Of a stretch of 64,000 nucleotides of DNA, positions 48,722 through 56,784 are shown piece after piece. Both the position numbers and the translations under genes were made by a program. Numbering within the stretch: position 1 is the first letter of the stretch; each line of letters opens with the position of its first letter. The stretch lies in the IMG/VR virus record IMGVR_UViG_3300033182_000674, positions 62,001 to 126,000 of that record. One strand, written 5' to 3'. The notes under the pieces are model-generated. The model was not told where the DNA came from and searched no databases. It worked only from the letters and a program-made list of their open reading frames with translations.

Positions 48722-49481
48722 TATTAAAACCTAACAATTTATTGTTATATTCCAATAGAGATTTAGTAGCAGTTGGATCAATGCCTACACTTTCAGCCCA
48801 AGCACACCAACCATAGATATCTTTTGGAATACATTTACTATTAGCTCCACGATTATCAGGGAAGACAAAAGTCCACCATAGATTTTGTCGTGGGTCATCA
48901 CCATAAACAGCTTCTCGAATAGTATAATAATCTACTCCAGCTGCTTCACATGCATCATATAATTCTTGGCATTGCATTACCTTATAGAAAATTGCACGAT
49001 TTTCAGAGAATTTAATAATCTCTGCTTCATATGCAGATACTTGACGAATATTAACATTAGCATTATAAGCTTGTTGATAACATTCAATAACTTTACGAGT
49101 ATCTTCTTTAGTACCACCAAGAATCATAAACTGACGAGAATCCATTTGTAAGAATGGATGATTAGGTGTTTCACCAAGATATTCTGGTTGAACTACAATG
49201 CGTTTATTATATTTCTTAGCCATCTCATCAGCAAATCCTGGTTGAGTAGCAGAACGAATAACAATGAAATCACATCCGCATTCTTTAATAGCATCTTCTA
49301 CAGCAGAACAATCTAATCCATCGCCTTGATTCCACGGAGTAGGTACGGCAAGAAAAGCAATATCACAATTTTCTAAAGGCTTTGTAAATCCTTCGATATA
49401 TTTATCGTAAACTTGTGCATCAGGAAAAAGTTTTTGTGTTGCTTTGCCAATCCAACCGTATCCAATGATTCCTACTTTCAT
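48714..49481 (-). CDS. UDP-glucose/GDP-mannose dehydrogenase-like protein (lacks C-terminal domain)
   Basis: GIIGYG.IG, AVPTP, IRS, PEYL, AE..K..EN, CIPKD. Confidence 0.8.
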   Translation of the reverse strand: MKVGIIGYGWIGKATQKLFPDAQVYDKYIEGFTKPLENCDIAFLAVPTPWNQGDGLDCSAVEDAIKECGCDFIVIRSATQPGFADEMAKKYNKRIVVQPEYLGETPNHPFLQMDSRQFMILGGTKEDTRKVIECYQQAYNANVNIRQVSAYEAEIIKFSENRAIFYKVMQCQELYDACEAAGVDYYTIREAVYGDDPRQNLWWTFVFPDNRGANSKCIPKDIYGWCAWAESVGIDPTATKSLLEYNNKLLGFNND

Positions 49482-49493
49482 ATTATTATTCTC

Positions 49494-49727
49494 CTAAACA
49501 ATTTTTTGTTTTGTACATTCTTCAAAGGTCTTAAAGGTTCGATCAAACTTAATCTCGTATAATTCCATTACACCAATAAGAAGATTTATAAGTTTATCTT
49601 GATGCTCTGGTTTCATACCTTCAAAGAATGGATCATCACCAACGAACTTATATATGTCTTTTATATCTGTTGTTATATTCCAACAGTCAAGAATTTCTTG
49701 TTCTAGGTCAAATCGTGTTTTATTCAT
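49494..49727 (-). CDS. Conserved phage hypothetical protein
   Basis: RFDLEQ.I..CW....DI and N.L.G...LY..KF motifs. Confidence 0.6.
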   Translation of the reverse strand: MNKTRFDLEQEILDCWNITTDIKDIYKFVGDDPFFEGMKPEHQDKLINLLIGVMELYEIKFDRTFKTFEECTKQKIV

Positions 49728-50031
49728 TGTCGGCTGCCACATATCTATCATCCCATTTCTTTTGTTCTAAAAAGTAAACATACAAGAAAGCACATTGTGT
49801 TAAAGCATGTGCTAAATGAGGTTCACCAGATTCTGGATCAAAGTCTTCACCACTCCAAAAAGAATTTAGATGTCGTTGAAGAGAAGAATAAGAACGTGAC
49901 CATTCAGAAGGATCTTTACGCCAGTTATTAGCGCCATATTTTGTAGCACCAAACTCTAGTACTGTAGCCATAGCTTCGATAACTTCTGGGGGTACTAAAG
50001 CGATAGGTGCTTTACCATCATCGTATTTCAT
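49720..50031 (-). CDS. DUF5664-like (dATP/dGTP diphosphohydrolase N-terminal-like) protein
   Basis: K.D.GK....L.P, V..FGA.KYG..NW, RHL....GE..DPESG..HLAHA. Confidence 0.85.
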   Translation of the reverse strand: MKYDDGKAPIALVPPEVIEAMATVLEFGATKYGANNWRKDPSEWSRSYSSLQRHLNSFWSGEDFDPESGEPHLAHALTQCAFLYVYFLEQKKWDDRYVAADNE

Positions 50032-50039
50032 ATTATATC

Positions 50040-50510
50040 TCAGTTAAGTTGATTACAAAATGGAAGCTCATTACTTGAGCTTTCCGCTAAGTATTTATGC
50101 GTCAAACGAGTCTCAGTTTCTTTATGTGTTGAAATTTCTTCTTTTATTTTATGACCCGTTAATGGACAAGGATATTCTACCACATGTCGAGGACAACGTA
50201 CACAGTAAACTTCTACAGTATCTTCTTCAATAGAATCTAGTACATCCATAATACGACGATTAGTAGCATCACCATATTTACCACGACCTTGTTGATAAGT
50301 ATTTAGTCGACCAGCAAAACCCATTTTACCGCCAGCTTTACCAATCTTCATTAATTGATTATTTACAAACATAAAATAAACAATATCACCCATAGCAATT
50401 AGATCTTTACGACGTAGACCTTCGTCAAGTTTAAAACGAAACTCGTCGCCATTCATAACGAACTTACCTAGGTATTTAGTATTACGTAAAACATTCTGTT
50501 CAAAATTCAT
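50040..50510 (-). CDS. GIY-YIG nuclease resembling T4 endonuclease II (DenA)
   Basis: IVY....N..L..IGK, R.N.Y, D.T, VE.Y...C, E...P..N in EndoII-like spacing (recalled). Confidence 0.6.
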   Translation of the reverse strand: MNFEQNVLRNTKYLGKFVMNGDEFRFKLDEGLRRKDLIAMGDIVYFMFVNNQLMKIGKAGGKMGFAGRLNTYQQGRGKYGDATNRRIMDVLDSIEEDTVEVYCVRCPRHVVEYPCPLTGHKIKEEISTHKETETRLTHKYLAESSSNELPFCNQLN

Positions 50511-50523
50511 AGCAAATCTCCAC

Positions 50524-50605
50524 TTTATGGATATATTATAAGCTAATTCTTCTCAAATGTACACAGTTTTTTTCAGTTATTTTTTCTTTTAGAATCAATG
50601 GCTTA
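50524..50605 (-). promoter_or_regulatory. Second copy of the early promoter/IHF-site element
   Basis: TGTACA(50558-63)-17-TATAAT(50535-40); AATCAATGGCTTA at 50593-50605; ~50 bp near-identical to 35547-35598. Confidence 0.8.
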
Positions 50606-50607
50606 GA

Positions 50608-51543
50608 TCAAACCATCTTATATGCGTACTCAATAGCACGATCTGCTTCCACATTTAGTGGTCTATTTTCATACAAATTTGATGTATCTCTATCAAGTTC
50701 ACGTATAAGCATTTCAATTTCTGTTGCAGAGATAGGATATTCTTTCTTAAGAGCATTAATTGCAATAGAACTCATAATACGATATATCATAGCATAACGA
50801 CCAGTATTATCAATATGAGCAATGTCTTTATATTCTTTTACTAGCTTCTTATTTACAAATGGACAATCAGTATAACCTGACCAAGATATAGTAGTATTTT
50901 GAAGTTTAGATTTTTTGTATTCGATAACTTTCTTTTGTAAATCATCAGGCAGACGATCCATAAAAGTTCTGCCTTCTTTTATTGGAGCTGGATGTTTTTC
51001 TATAAGTGCATAAGGATCAACGTAATCACCAATATTAGTGAAAATAAAGTTATCAGCAGAATCGTAAGCTGCAGGGATGTAATACATTCTAGATAAGTCT
51101 TTAGTTTGTCTATCTCCCACTGAACCAACTTCTGTGTTGAGAGCGTACCAGAATTTTTTGATTGCATCTGCTCCAACTGTTGTTTTAAGTGGGAAAACAA
51201 GTCTGAACTTTGGTTTAGCAATGGTATTACTAGCAGTACTATAACAAACATAGTAATACCTGCCGAAACGAGAATGAAGTTCATTTTTTAGATCGCCTTT
51301 GAATTCGTGATCGTCTACATCGATCGCTGCCCAACCAGCCCAAGCAATAACGTTTTTATTCGCTCGAGTAGTACCATTAGTATATATGGCTGGAGACATC
51401 AATTGTGCGTCTTTTTTTCCTTTACGTCGTATTTTTGACAGATCGTATAAAAACTTCTCAAACTTATTCCAGTCTGAGAAGTTCATATTTTTGTCAGTCT
51501 TATTATCGTAAATAGACTTAAAAAATGTCGCTGAGATTTCCAT
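50608..51543 (-). CDS. Archaeo-eukaryotic primase (prim-pol)-like protein
   Basis: SPA.Y....R...NV, AIDVDD, YSTAS....PKFRLVFPL, D....D.SR.YY.P and a helical C-terminal domain. Confidence 0.7.
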   Translation of the reverse strand: MEISATFFKSIYDNKTDKNMNFSDWNKFEKFLYDLSKIRRKGKKDAQLMSPAIYTNGTTRANKNVIAWAGWAAIDVDDHEFKGDLKNELHSRFGRYYYVCYSTASNTIAKPKFRLVFPLKTTVGADAIKKFWYALNTEVGSVGDRQTKDLSRMYYIPAAYDSADNFIFTNIGDYVDPYALIEKHPAPIKEGRTFMDRLPDDLQKKVIEYKKSKLQNTTISWSGYTDCPFVNKKLVKEYKDIAHIDNTGRYAMIYRIMSSIAINALKKEYPISATEIEMLIRELDRDTSNLYENRPLNVEADRAIEYAYKMV

Positions 51544-51937
51544 GATTATCTTTATGGCTTGGTGCAGTCCAACCTTCTGGTTTCATTAGATCTGGTAATC
51601 CAAGTGGATTAGGACGCTCTGGTTTAATACCAGGTTCTTTTGACATATTAGCTGCATGTACACGATCCCATGCTTCATGTGCGTTAACACCAAATGCATC
51701 AAGTGTTCCAATTGCAACTACACATAAATCAATTAAGCCATCAACAACTTCTTCTGCATCTTTATTCATAAGAGCTGAACGTGTTTCATTATACTCTTCA
51801 CCAATAAAATCTAAGCGAAATTGTAGAAACTTTTGAAGTGTTTCATAATCTTTTTCAAATAATTTTTTAAGTGCCCACTCATGCACACCAAACTTTTGAT
51901 GCATATCGTGAATATCTTTTACCCAATCTTTAGACAT
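51518..51937 (-). CDS. MazG-like/PRA-PH NTP pyrophosphohydrolase (candidate dCTPase/dUTPase)
   Basis: EE..E, E.VD.L.D, V..ANMSK, KPEGW..P; promoter at 51963-51991. Confidence 0.8.
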   Translation of the reverse strand: MSKDWVKDIHDMHQKFGVHEWALKKLFEKDYETLQKFLQFRLDFIGEEYNETRSALMNKDAEEVVDGLIDLCVVAIGTLDAFGVNAHEAWDRVHAANMSKEPGIKPERPNPLGLPDLMKPEGWTAPSHKDNHGNLSDIF

Positions 51938-51994
51938 TATAAACTCCTTTGTTATAGACTATATTATAACACATGATCAAGAATTTGTAAACCA

Positions 51995-54544
51995 TTACGA
52001 GAAGAAATCTTCAAGAGTATTTCTTTCGTCAACAGACCAACCAACAGCTTCAAGGATAGGACTTAGAGGTTCAATGAAAGTCTTTTCAAACTGCATATCA
52101 TAGTCAATATACTTATTTAGATTCAATGGCTCTGGAAGGTAATCAGGGAACGAGATAACGTTTTCCTTGATAGGATTAGGTAACTTCATATATGAGAATT
52201 TAACCTTATCACCAGGTTGAATCATTGAATATTTGTTTTCAAGAGATAACTCTTTGATATAGTGATTATATAGCAAAGCACCGCGAACATGAATCGGCGT
52301 GCCTTTACCATAAATTGTAGTGCGGTTTTTCCACTTGTCAATTTCATTTACACCACGAGGGAATGATACATCTTCAGGTGGTAGTTGTTTAAATTCTTGT
52401 TTGAAGTCATTGATAAACTTACGTGTCTTTTCTTCAGAACCAGAGATAATAATCTTAAATGATTCCTTAAACTTATTACGAACAACTTCTGGTGTAGATG
52501 ATTTAATAGCTTCGATACCCATGATCTTGAGTTTAGGTTCAGCATATTGTACACCTTCATTGTTATGTACATTAAGGATATAACGTTTCTTTGCAGTCCA
52601 AATACCACGATCAGCAATAACTTCACGACCCATTTCCATTCGAGCACGGTAACCATTCATTACATCGAATAGTTTAGCATAAGCATCAGCAATAACTTTT
52701 TCAAAATGTTCTTGGCAGATTTTATCAAGTGCAGCAACTGGATCTTTAGGCTGTAACTTTTCTACAAATGGACCGAAGTTAATATAAACAGAATCAGTAT
52801 CAATCGCAATAACATAATCAACGTTATCAGTCTTAAGAATCTTATTCATCTCGATGTTGATAGCTTTTTCAGCCCACTTAATCGATAATTGGCCTGTAAG
52901 AGTTACACTTTCAGCCAAAGCATTGTCGAAGTACTTAAAGTATTTGTTAGCTAATGCACCATAAAGAGAGTTAAGAAGAATCTTAATCGCCATCTGGTTA
53001 TTTTCAAGTTGGTTAATTTCAGATTCTATTTCATGAGATTTTTCTTGTTCATAACGCTGTTTAGCTTCAAGCATTTTCTTCTTGACTACTTTACGTTCTG
53101 AATACAATTCAACGATAAGTTCCGGAATAATACCTTGACGATCTTTATGAAAACCAACACCACTTGCTGTTGCAGCTATATCACCAGTAGTAACTGGTTC
53201 AGACATATTTAAATATTTTTCTGGGCCAACTGGGAAACGTTTATCGATATCACGTACAATAGTTTCGGGTGAGATATTATATTGTACAATAATATTAGGA
53301 TACAGTGAGTTTAAGTCAAATGATACCACCCAATTATGTAGACCAACTTGTGGATCTTTTACATAACCACCAGCAATACTTTTATTTTCACCGCTAGAGC
53401 CTTCAGCACCAACAACTGCGTATGGAATCTTAGGAATCTGACCAATTGGAGATATAATACGTTTCTTCATCAAACGACGATAGATAATTGATTCCCATAT
53501 AGAAGTAGTACCAAAAGTATCATTAATGTTAACGCCACCTTTAAATGCAATCGTAAGAGCTAGGTTAATAAGACCCATCTTATCGTCCATACGTTTAACA
53601 AGCAAAGTATCTTTAATATTATAGTCAATAAACTTTTGGTGATTATGTTTATATAGAGTATGAAGACTACCATACTCAGAATATGATAATTTACTTTCGC
53701 CAAGTACCACGTGAGCAATATGATCTAACTTGTAAGATTCTTGAGCACCATAAGAGTAACCAAACTTCTTAAACAATTCAAGATAGTCTGCTTGTTGAAT
53801 GCCAGTTAGTTCATAACCATATTGAGTTCGTCCACCAATAACAGTATTACGTTCGTTAATAAGTTTCCAAGGAGACAAATGTTTAACTGCTTCTTCACCG
53901 CCAATTGCACGTATACGATTTACAAGATAAGGTACGTCAAAGAAACGAATATTCCAACCTGTTATAACATCAGGTGTATTTGCAATCCAATATTGTAAGA
54001 AAGAAGATAAAAGTTTTGCTTCGTTTTCACAACGATGATAAGCAATACCAACACCATGAGTATCAATCTCTGTTGCTTCAGGATTATATTCGTCCAATCC
54101 CCATACTTGATAGTAATCAGACTTACTAGATTTTAATGCAATAGAGATGACGGGATATGCTGCTTCCTCAGGCTTGGGGAAACCTTCATCGGAAGCAACC
54201 TCGATATCGAAAGTTACAACATTAACGTCATCCATGTTGAACTTGATGTCATTAGGGAATCTTTCAGTAATATACTGATGGATATAGTTGGTCGTACCAT
54301 AGATTTTGAAGTTGTCCATATCACCATACGATGTCATAAACTCTTTAGCTTCTTTCATCGTATCAAAATGAATTGAATCAACTGGAACGCCATCGAATGA
54401 TGTCCATTTAGTCTGACCTTTTGCTGGTACAAAAAAGGTAGGTGAGAATTTTTCTTTCTTTTCGACTTTTATGCCGTTTTCGTCATAGCCGCGATAAAGA
54501 ATGCTATTGCCATAACGATTAACTGATGTGTAAAAACCTGACAC
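51995..54544 (-). CDS. 43: Family B DNA polymerase gp43
   Basis: ExoI FDIEV, DLNSLYP, KILLNSLYGA, DTDS, KKRY; GTG start; promoter TTTACT-17-TATAAT at 54576-54604. Confidence 0.97.
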   Translation of the reverse strand: MSGFYTSVNRYGNSILYRGYDENGIKVEKKEKFSPTFFVPAKGQTKWTSFDGVPVDSIHFDTMKEAKEFMTSYGDMDNFKIYGTTNYIHQYITERFPNDIKFNMDDVNVVTFDIEVASDEGFPKPEEAAYPVISIALKSSKSDYYQVWGLDEYNPEATEIDTHGVGIAYHRCENEAKLLSSFLQYWIANTPDVITGWNIRFFDVPYLVNRIRAIGGEEAVKHLSPWKLINERNTVIGGRTQYGYELTGIQQADYLELFKKFGYSYGAQESYKLDHIAHVVLGESKLSYSEYGSLHTLYKHNHQKFIDYNIKDTLLVKRMDDKMGLINLALTIAFKGGVNINDTFGTTSIWESIIYRRLMKKRIISPIGQIPKIPYAVVGAEGSSGENKSIAGGYVKDPQVGLHNWVVSFDLNSLYPNIIVQYNISPETIVRDIDKRFPVGPEKYLNMSEPVTTGDIAATASGVGFHKDRQGIIPELIVELYSERKVVKKKMLEAKQRYEQEKSHEIESEINQLENNQMAIKILLNSLYGALANKYFKYFDNALAESVTLTGQLSIKWAEKAINIEMNKILKTDNVDYVIAIDTDSVYINFGPFVEKLQPKDPVAALDKICQEHFEKVIADAYAKLFDVMNGYRARMEMGREVIADRGIWTAKKRYILNVHNNEGVQYAEPKLKIMGIEAIKSSTPEVVRNKFKESFKIIISGSEEKTRKFINDFKQEFKQLPPEDVSFPRGVNEIDKWKNRTTIYGKGTPIHVRGALLYNHYIKELSLENKYSMIQPGDKVKFSYMKLPNPIKENVISFPDYLPEPLNLNKYIDYDMQFEKTFIEPLSPILEAVGWSVDERNTLEDFFS

Positions 54545-54608
54545 TGAGACCTCATGATATATGTGATAATACTATATTATACCACACTTCAAAGATAAAG
54601 TAAATAGG

Positions 54609-54703
54609 TGGTAGCGACGGAGTGACTCAGTACCTTATTTAACTACCCTGATGTCTTCCGTGAGACGGGCACTGTCCCTATCTAGCCACAAACGTCGCTA
54701 CCA
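54609..54703 (-). ncRNA. Candidate structured small RNA (long hairpin with central bubble)
   Basis: Perfect 11 bp terminal stem TGGTAGCGACG/CGTCGCTACCA plus inner stems; GC-rich in an AT-rich intergenic gap; AATAAATA late-like promoter just upstream. Confidence 0.6.
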
Positions 54704-54721
54704 ATAGTTATTTATTAAAAT

Positions 54722-55210
54722 TTAGATCACAAAATCCTTTTCATCAACATTTTCAGCCAAATATTCTGGCTCATATGTTTTAGAATTGTATTCGATCTCA
54801 ACTTTACGTGGTTGCTTTTCATCTGGTAAAATTCTTTCTAAATGAATAGATAGAATACCATCATTAAGTTCAGCACCCATTACCTCTACATATTCTGATA
54901 GAGTAAATGCACGCTTAAACTTTCTCTGAGAGATGCCTTTATATTCATATTCTGAATCTTCACGTTTGGTATCACCAAGATCACCAGCAATAACTAGTTC
55001 ACGATCGTTCACATCAATATCAATGCTGTCACGGTTATAACCGGCAACAGCCAACTCAATAATGTATCGGTTGTCTCCAACTCGAACGATGTTGTGAGGG
55101 GGAAAGGAAGGTTCTTGTCTTGAAGAGAGTTTCTCCAAATCGTGAAATAAACGATCAAAGCCAACAAAAGAATTAGGGAAAGCACGTCCCATAGAAAAAG
55201 TATTAGTCAT
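54722..55210 (-). CDS. hsp20: Small heat shock protein (IbpA-like Hsp20)
   Basis: GFDRLF, FPPHNI, IELAVAG, GIS.R.F.R.F.L, A.L.DGIL.I.L....P......I.I. Confidence 0.93.
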   Translation of the reverse strand: MTNTFSMGRAFPNSFVGFDRLFHDLEKLSSRQEPSFPPHNIVRVGDNRYIIELAVAGYNRDSIDIDVNDRELVIAGDLGDTKREDSEYEYKGISQRKFKRAFTLSEYVEVMGAELNDGILSIHLERILPDEKQPRKVEIEYNSKTYEPEYLAENVDEKDFVI

Positions 55211-55299
55211 AATGACCTCCTATTAAGCAAGGTTAAGTTGTGCCCCTATTGCGGGGCGGTTATAGGACCCGACTATTCGGCATCCTAAAATTATTTATA
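55211..55299 (-). promoter_or_regulatory. Late promoter plus ROSE-like RNA thermometer 5' UTR of hsp20
   Basis: TATAAATA then three hairpins; the last pairs CCUUGCU with the SD AGGAGG. Confidence 0.7.
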
Positions 55300-55305
55300 C
55301 GAGTT

Positions 55306-55716
55306 TTACTTTCTGCCGATGTTATACTTAGGACAAAGATCCCATTCATTTCTTTCTTTGAATGGAATAATTTTAATTTGTCTAAGTGGTGCCAATGGCT
55401 GAGCTTCTTCTGGCTGTTCAATTGAAATTAAACCCCAATCAGACATTAGTGTAGCGATAGTATTTCTACGTGCAATGTCAGATTCTTCAAGAGTAGAACG
55501 TTTTCCGTCTAATAAAAATAGTTCTTTAAAGTGAACTATAAAATATCTACCTTGTTTGTGTAGAATATGACATGATTGAAATAACTTCTTATCTTTTCTT
55601 GAAGCTACTCCAATACGAGTAAGAGTTTCTCTGACCTTTAAAAAATCGTCAGGTTCATTTAAGTTAACCTCCAGCATCATTTCTGGAGTCCATTCTATAG
55701 TTGTATTTTCTTCCAT
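55306..55716 (-). CDS. regA: Translational repressor RegA
   Basis: PDDFLKVRETLTRIG, QSCHILHKQG.Y.IVHFKELF.LDG. Confidence 0.96.
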   Translation of the reverse strand: MEENTTIEWTPEMMLEVNLNEPDDFLKVRETLTRIGVASRKDKKLFQSCHILHKQGRYFIVHFKELFLLDGKRSTLEESDIARRNTIATLMSDWGLISIEQPEEAQPLAPLRQIKIIPFKERNEWDLCPKYNIGRK

Positions 55717-55795
55717 TTTTTCAACTCACTTTTTTGTTATTATTGATAAAACATGCTATTGCATAATACTATCTTTATTTATATAAAATAAGTTT

Positions 55796-56173
55796 TTAAC
55801 CTTTACCACCTTTATATAATTTCTTTTTGATAGTAGTAAGTTGATCTTTAGTTAACAATGAAAGAACTTGACTTGCTTTCTCGTTGGAATATCCATAGTA
55901 CTCTTTAATAGCATCAATATCTGCTGAAGTCTCTGGTTTATTCCACTTAGAAAATCTCTTACGTTTACGAATAAGGAGACGAAGAAAATCATACTGCATT
56001 CTATTATCTAGATGATGCTGTATATTCATTTCATTCGCCATAAGTACAGTATCTTGAAAGTAAGATAATCCTCTATTTACCATAAAAGGATTATAAGCTT
56101 TCTCTGCAAGATCATCAACCATGATGTCCTTTTTAGTATCATTAATAGAATTTAAATACTCAAAAGGATTCAT
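55796..56173 (-). CDS. 62: Clamp loader small subunit gp62
   Basis: Y.PFM.NR.LS...D....ANEMN, RKR.SKW, YYGYS..KA. Confidence 0.9.
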   Translation of the reverse strand: MNPFEYLNSINDTKKDIMVDDLAEKAYNPFMVNRGLSYFQDTVLMANEMNIQHHLDNRMQYDFLRLLIRKRKRFSKWNKPETSADIDAIKEYYGYSNEKASQVLSLLTKDQLTTIKKKLYKGGKG

Positions 56174-56784
56174 GAGTTCAATGCCTGTATAATAGTTTGC
56201 ATACGCATAACATCCATAGCAATATCATGACGCGGATCATGACCAACAAATGATTCTTCAAGACCAGGTGGAATAAATTTATTATCTGCGCCTGTGCCCC
56301 AAAGTAAACCATCAAGTAATGAACGAGTATCACGTACTGTCCACCAAGGATATGGATCTTCTTTGCCAATCTGCTTCATAATGTATTCAAAGAAGATTGG
56401 ATCAAATGTGTTACCACGAGTATAGACTTTTTTAATCTGTTCAACGTCAGCATTTTCTACAAAGAAAGAATATAACTCAGTAATAGACTTATCTGTAGAC
56501 ATTGGCTTTAGAGATTGTTCTTGAGCTTCTTTAGGTTGGCTTTGCCACCATTCTAAAGTAGGCTTATCAATCTTACGGTCAAACTTCTTAACTTGTTCAG
56601 CAACATCAAACTTAATCATCTTAGCAGAGTTAACTAACTCTTGATAAGAATAAGGTGATGAAGTAAAACGACTTTCACTATAGTTAACCATAGCAAAAGA
56701 AAGTACCACACCATTGATTTGATTTTGAGATAAAGTTTCGAAATCGTATATTACACATTCGTTAATCATATTAGTTCCATTCAA
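56170..56784 (-). CDS. dexA: DexA-like DEDDh 3'-5' exonuclease
   Basis: DFETL, T..WW..Q, RG..FD, RD.RS, HD..HD...D. Confidence 0.8.
   Translation of the reverse strand: MNGTNMINECVIYDFETLSQNQINGVVLSFAMVNYSESRFTSSPYSYQELVNSAKMIKFDVAEQVKKFDRKIDKPTLEWWQSQPKEAQEQSLKPMSTDKSITELYSFFVENADVEQIKKVYTRGNTFDPIFFEYIMKQIGKEDPYPWWTVRDTRSLLDGLLWGTGADNKFIPPGLEESFVGHDPRHDIAMDVMRMQTIIQALNS

Noticed and set aside
49720-50031. 2-aminoadenine (Z-genome) pathway suggested by DUF5664
   Set aside because: No purZ is present in the window, and the neighbourhood points to cytosine modification
3121-54544. Introns or inteins in nrdA, nrdB, gp41, uvsX or gp43
   Set aside because: All are continuous, of normal length and lack splicing motifs
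54609-54703. Intrinsic terminator or SRP RNA
   Set aside because: No U-tract after the stem, the enclosed region is too long and structured, and the SRP helix-8 consensus is not matched
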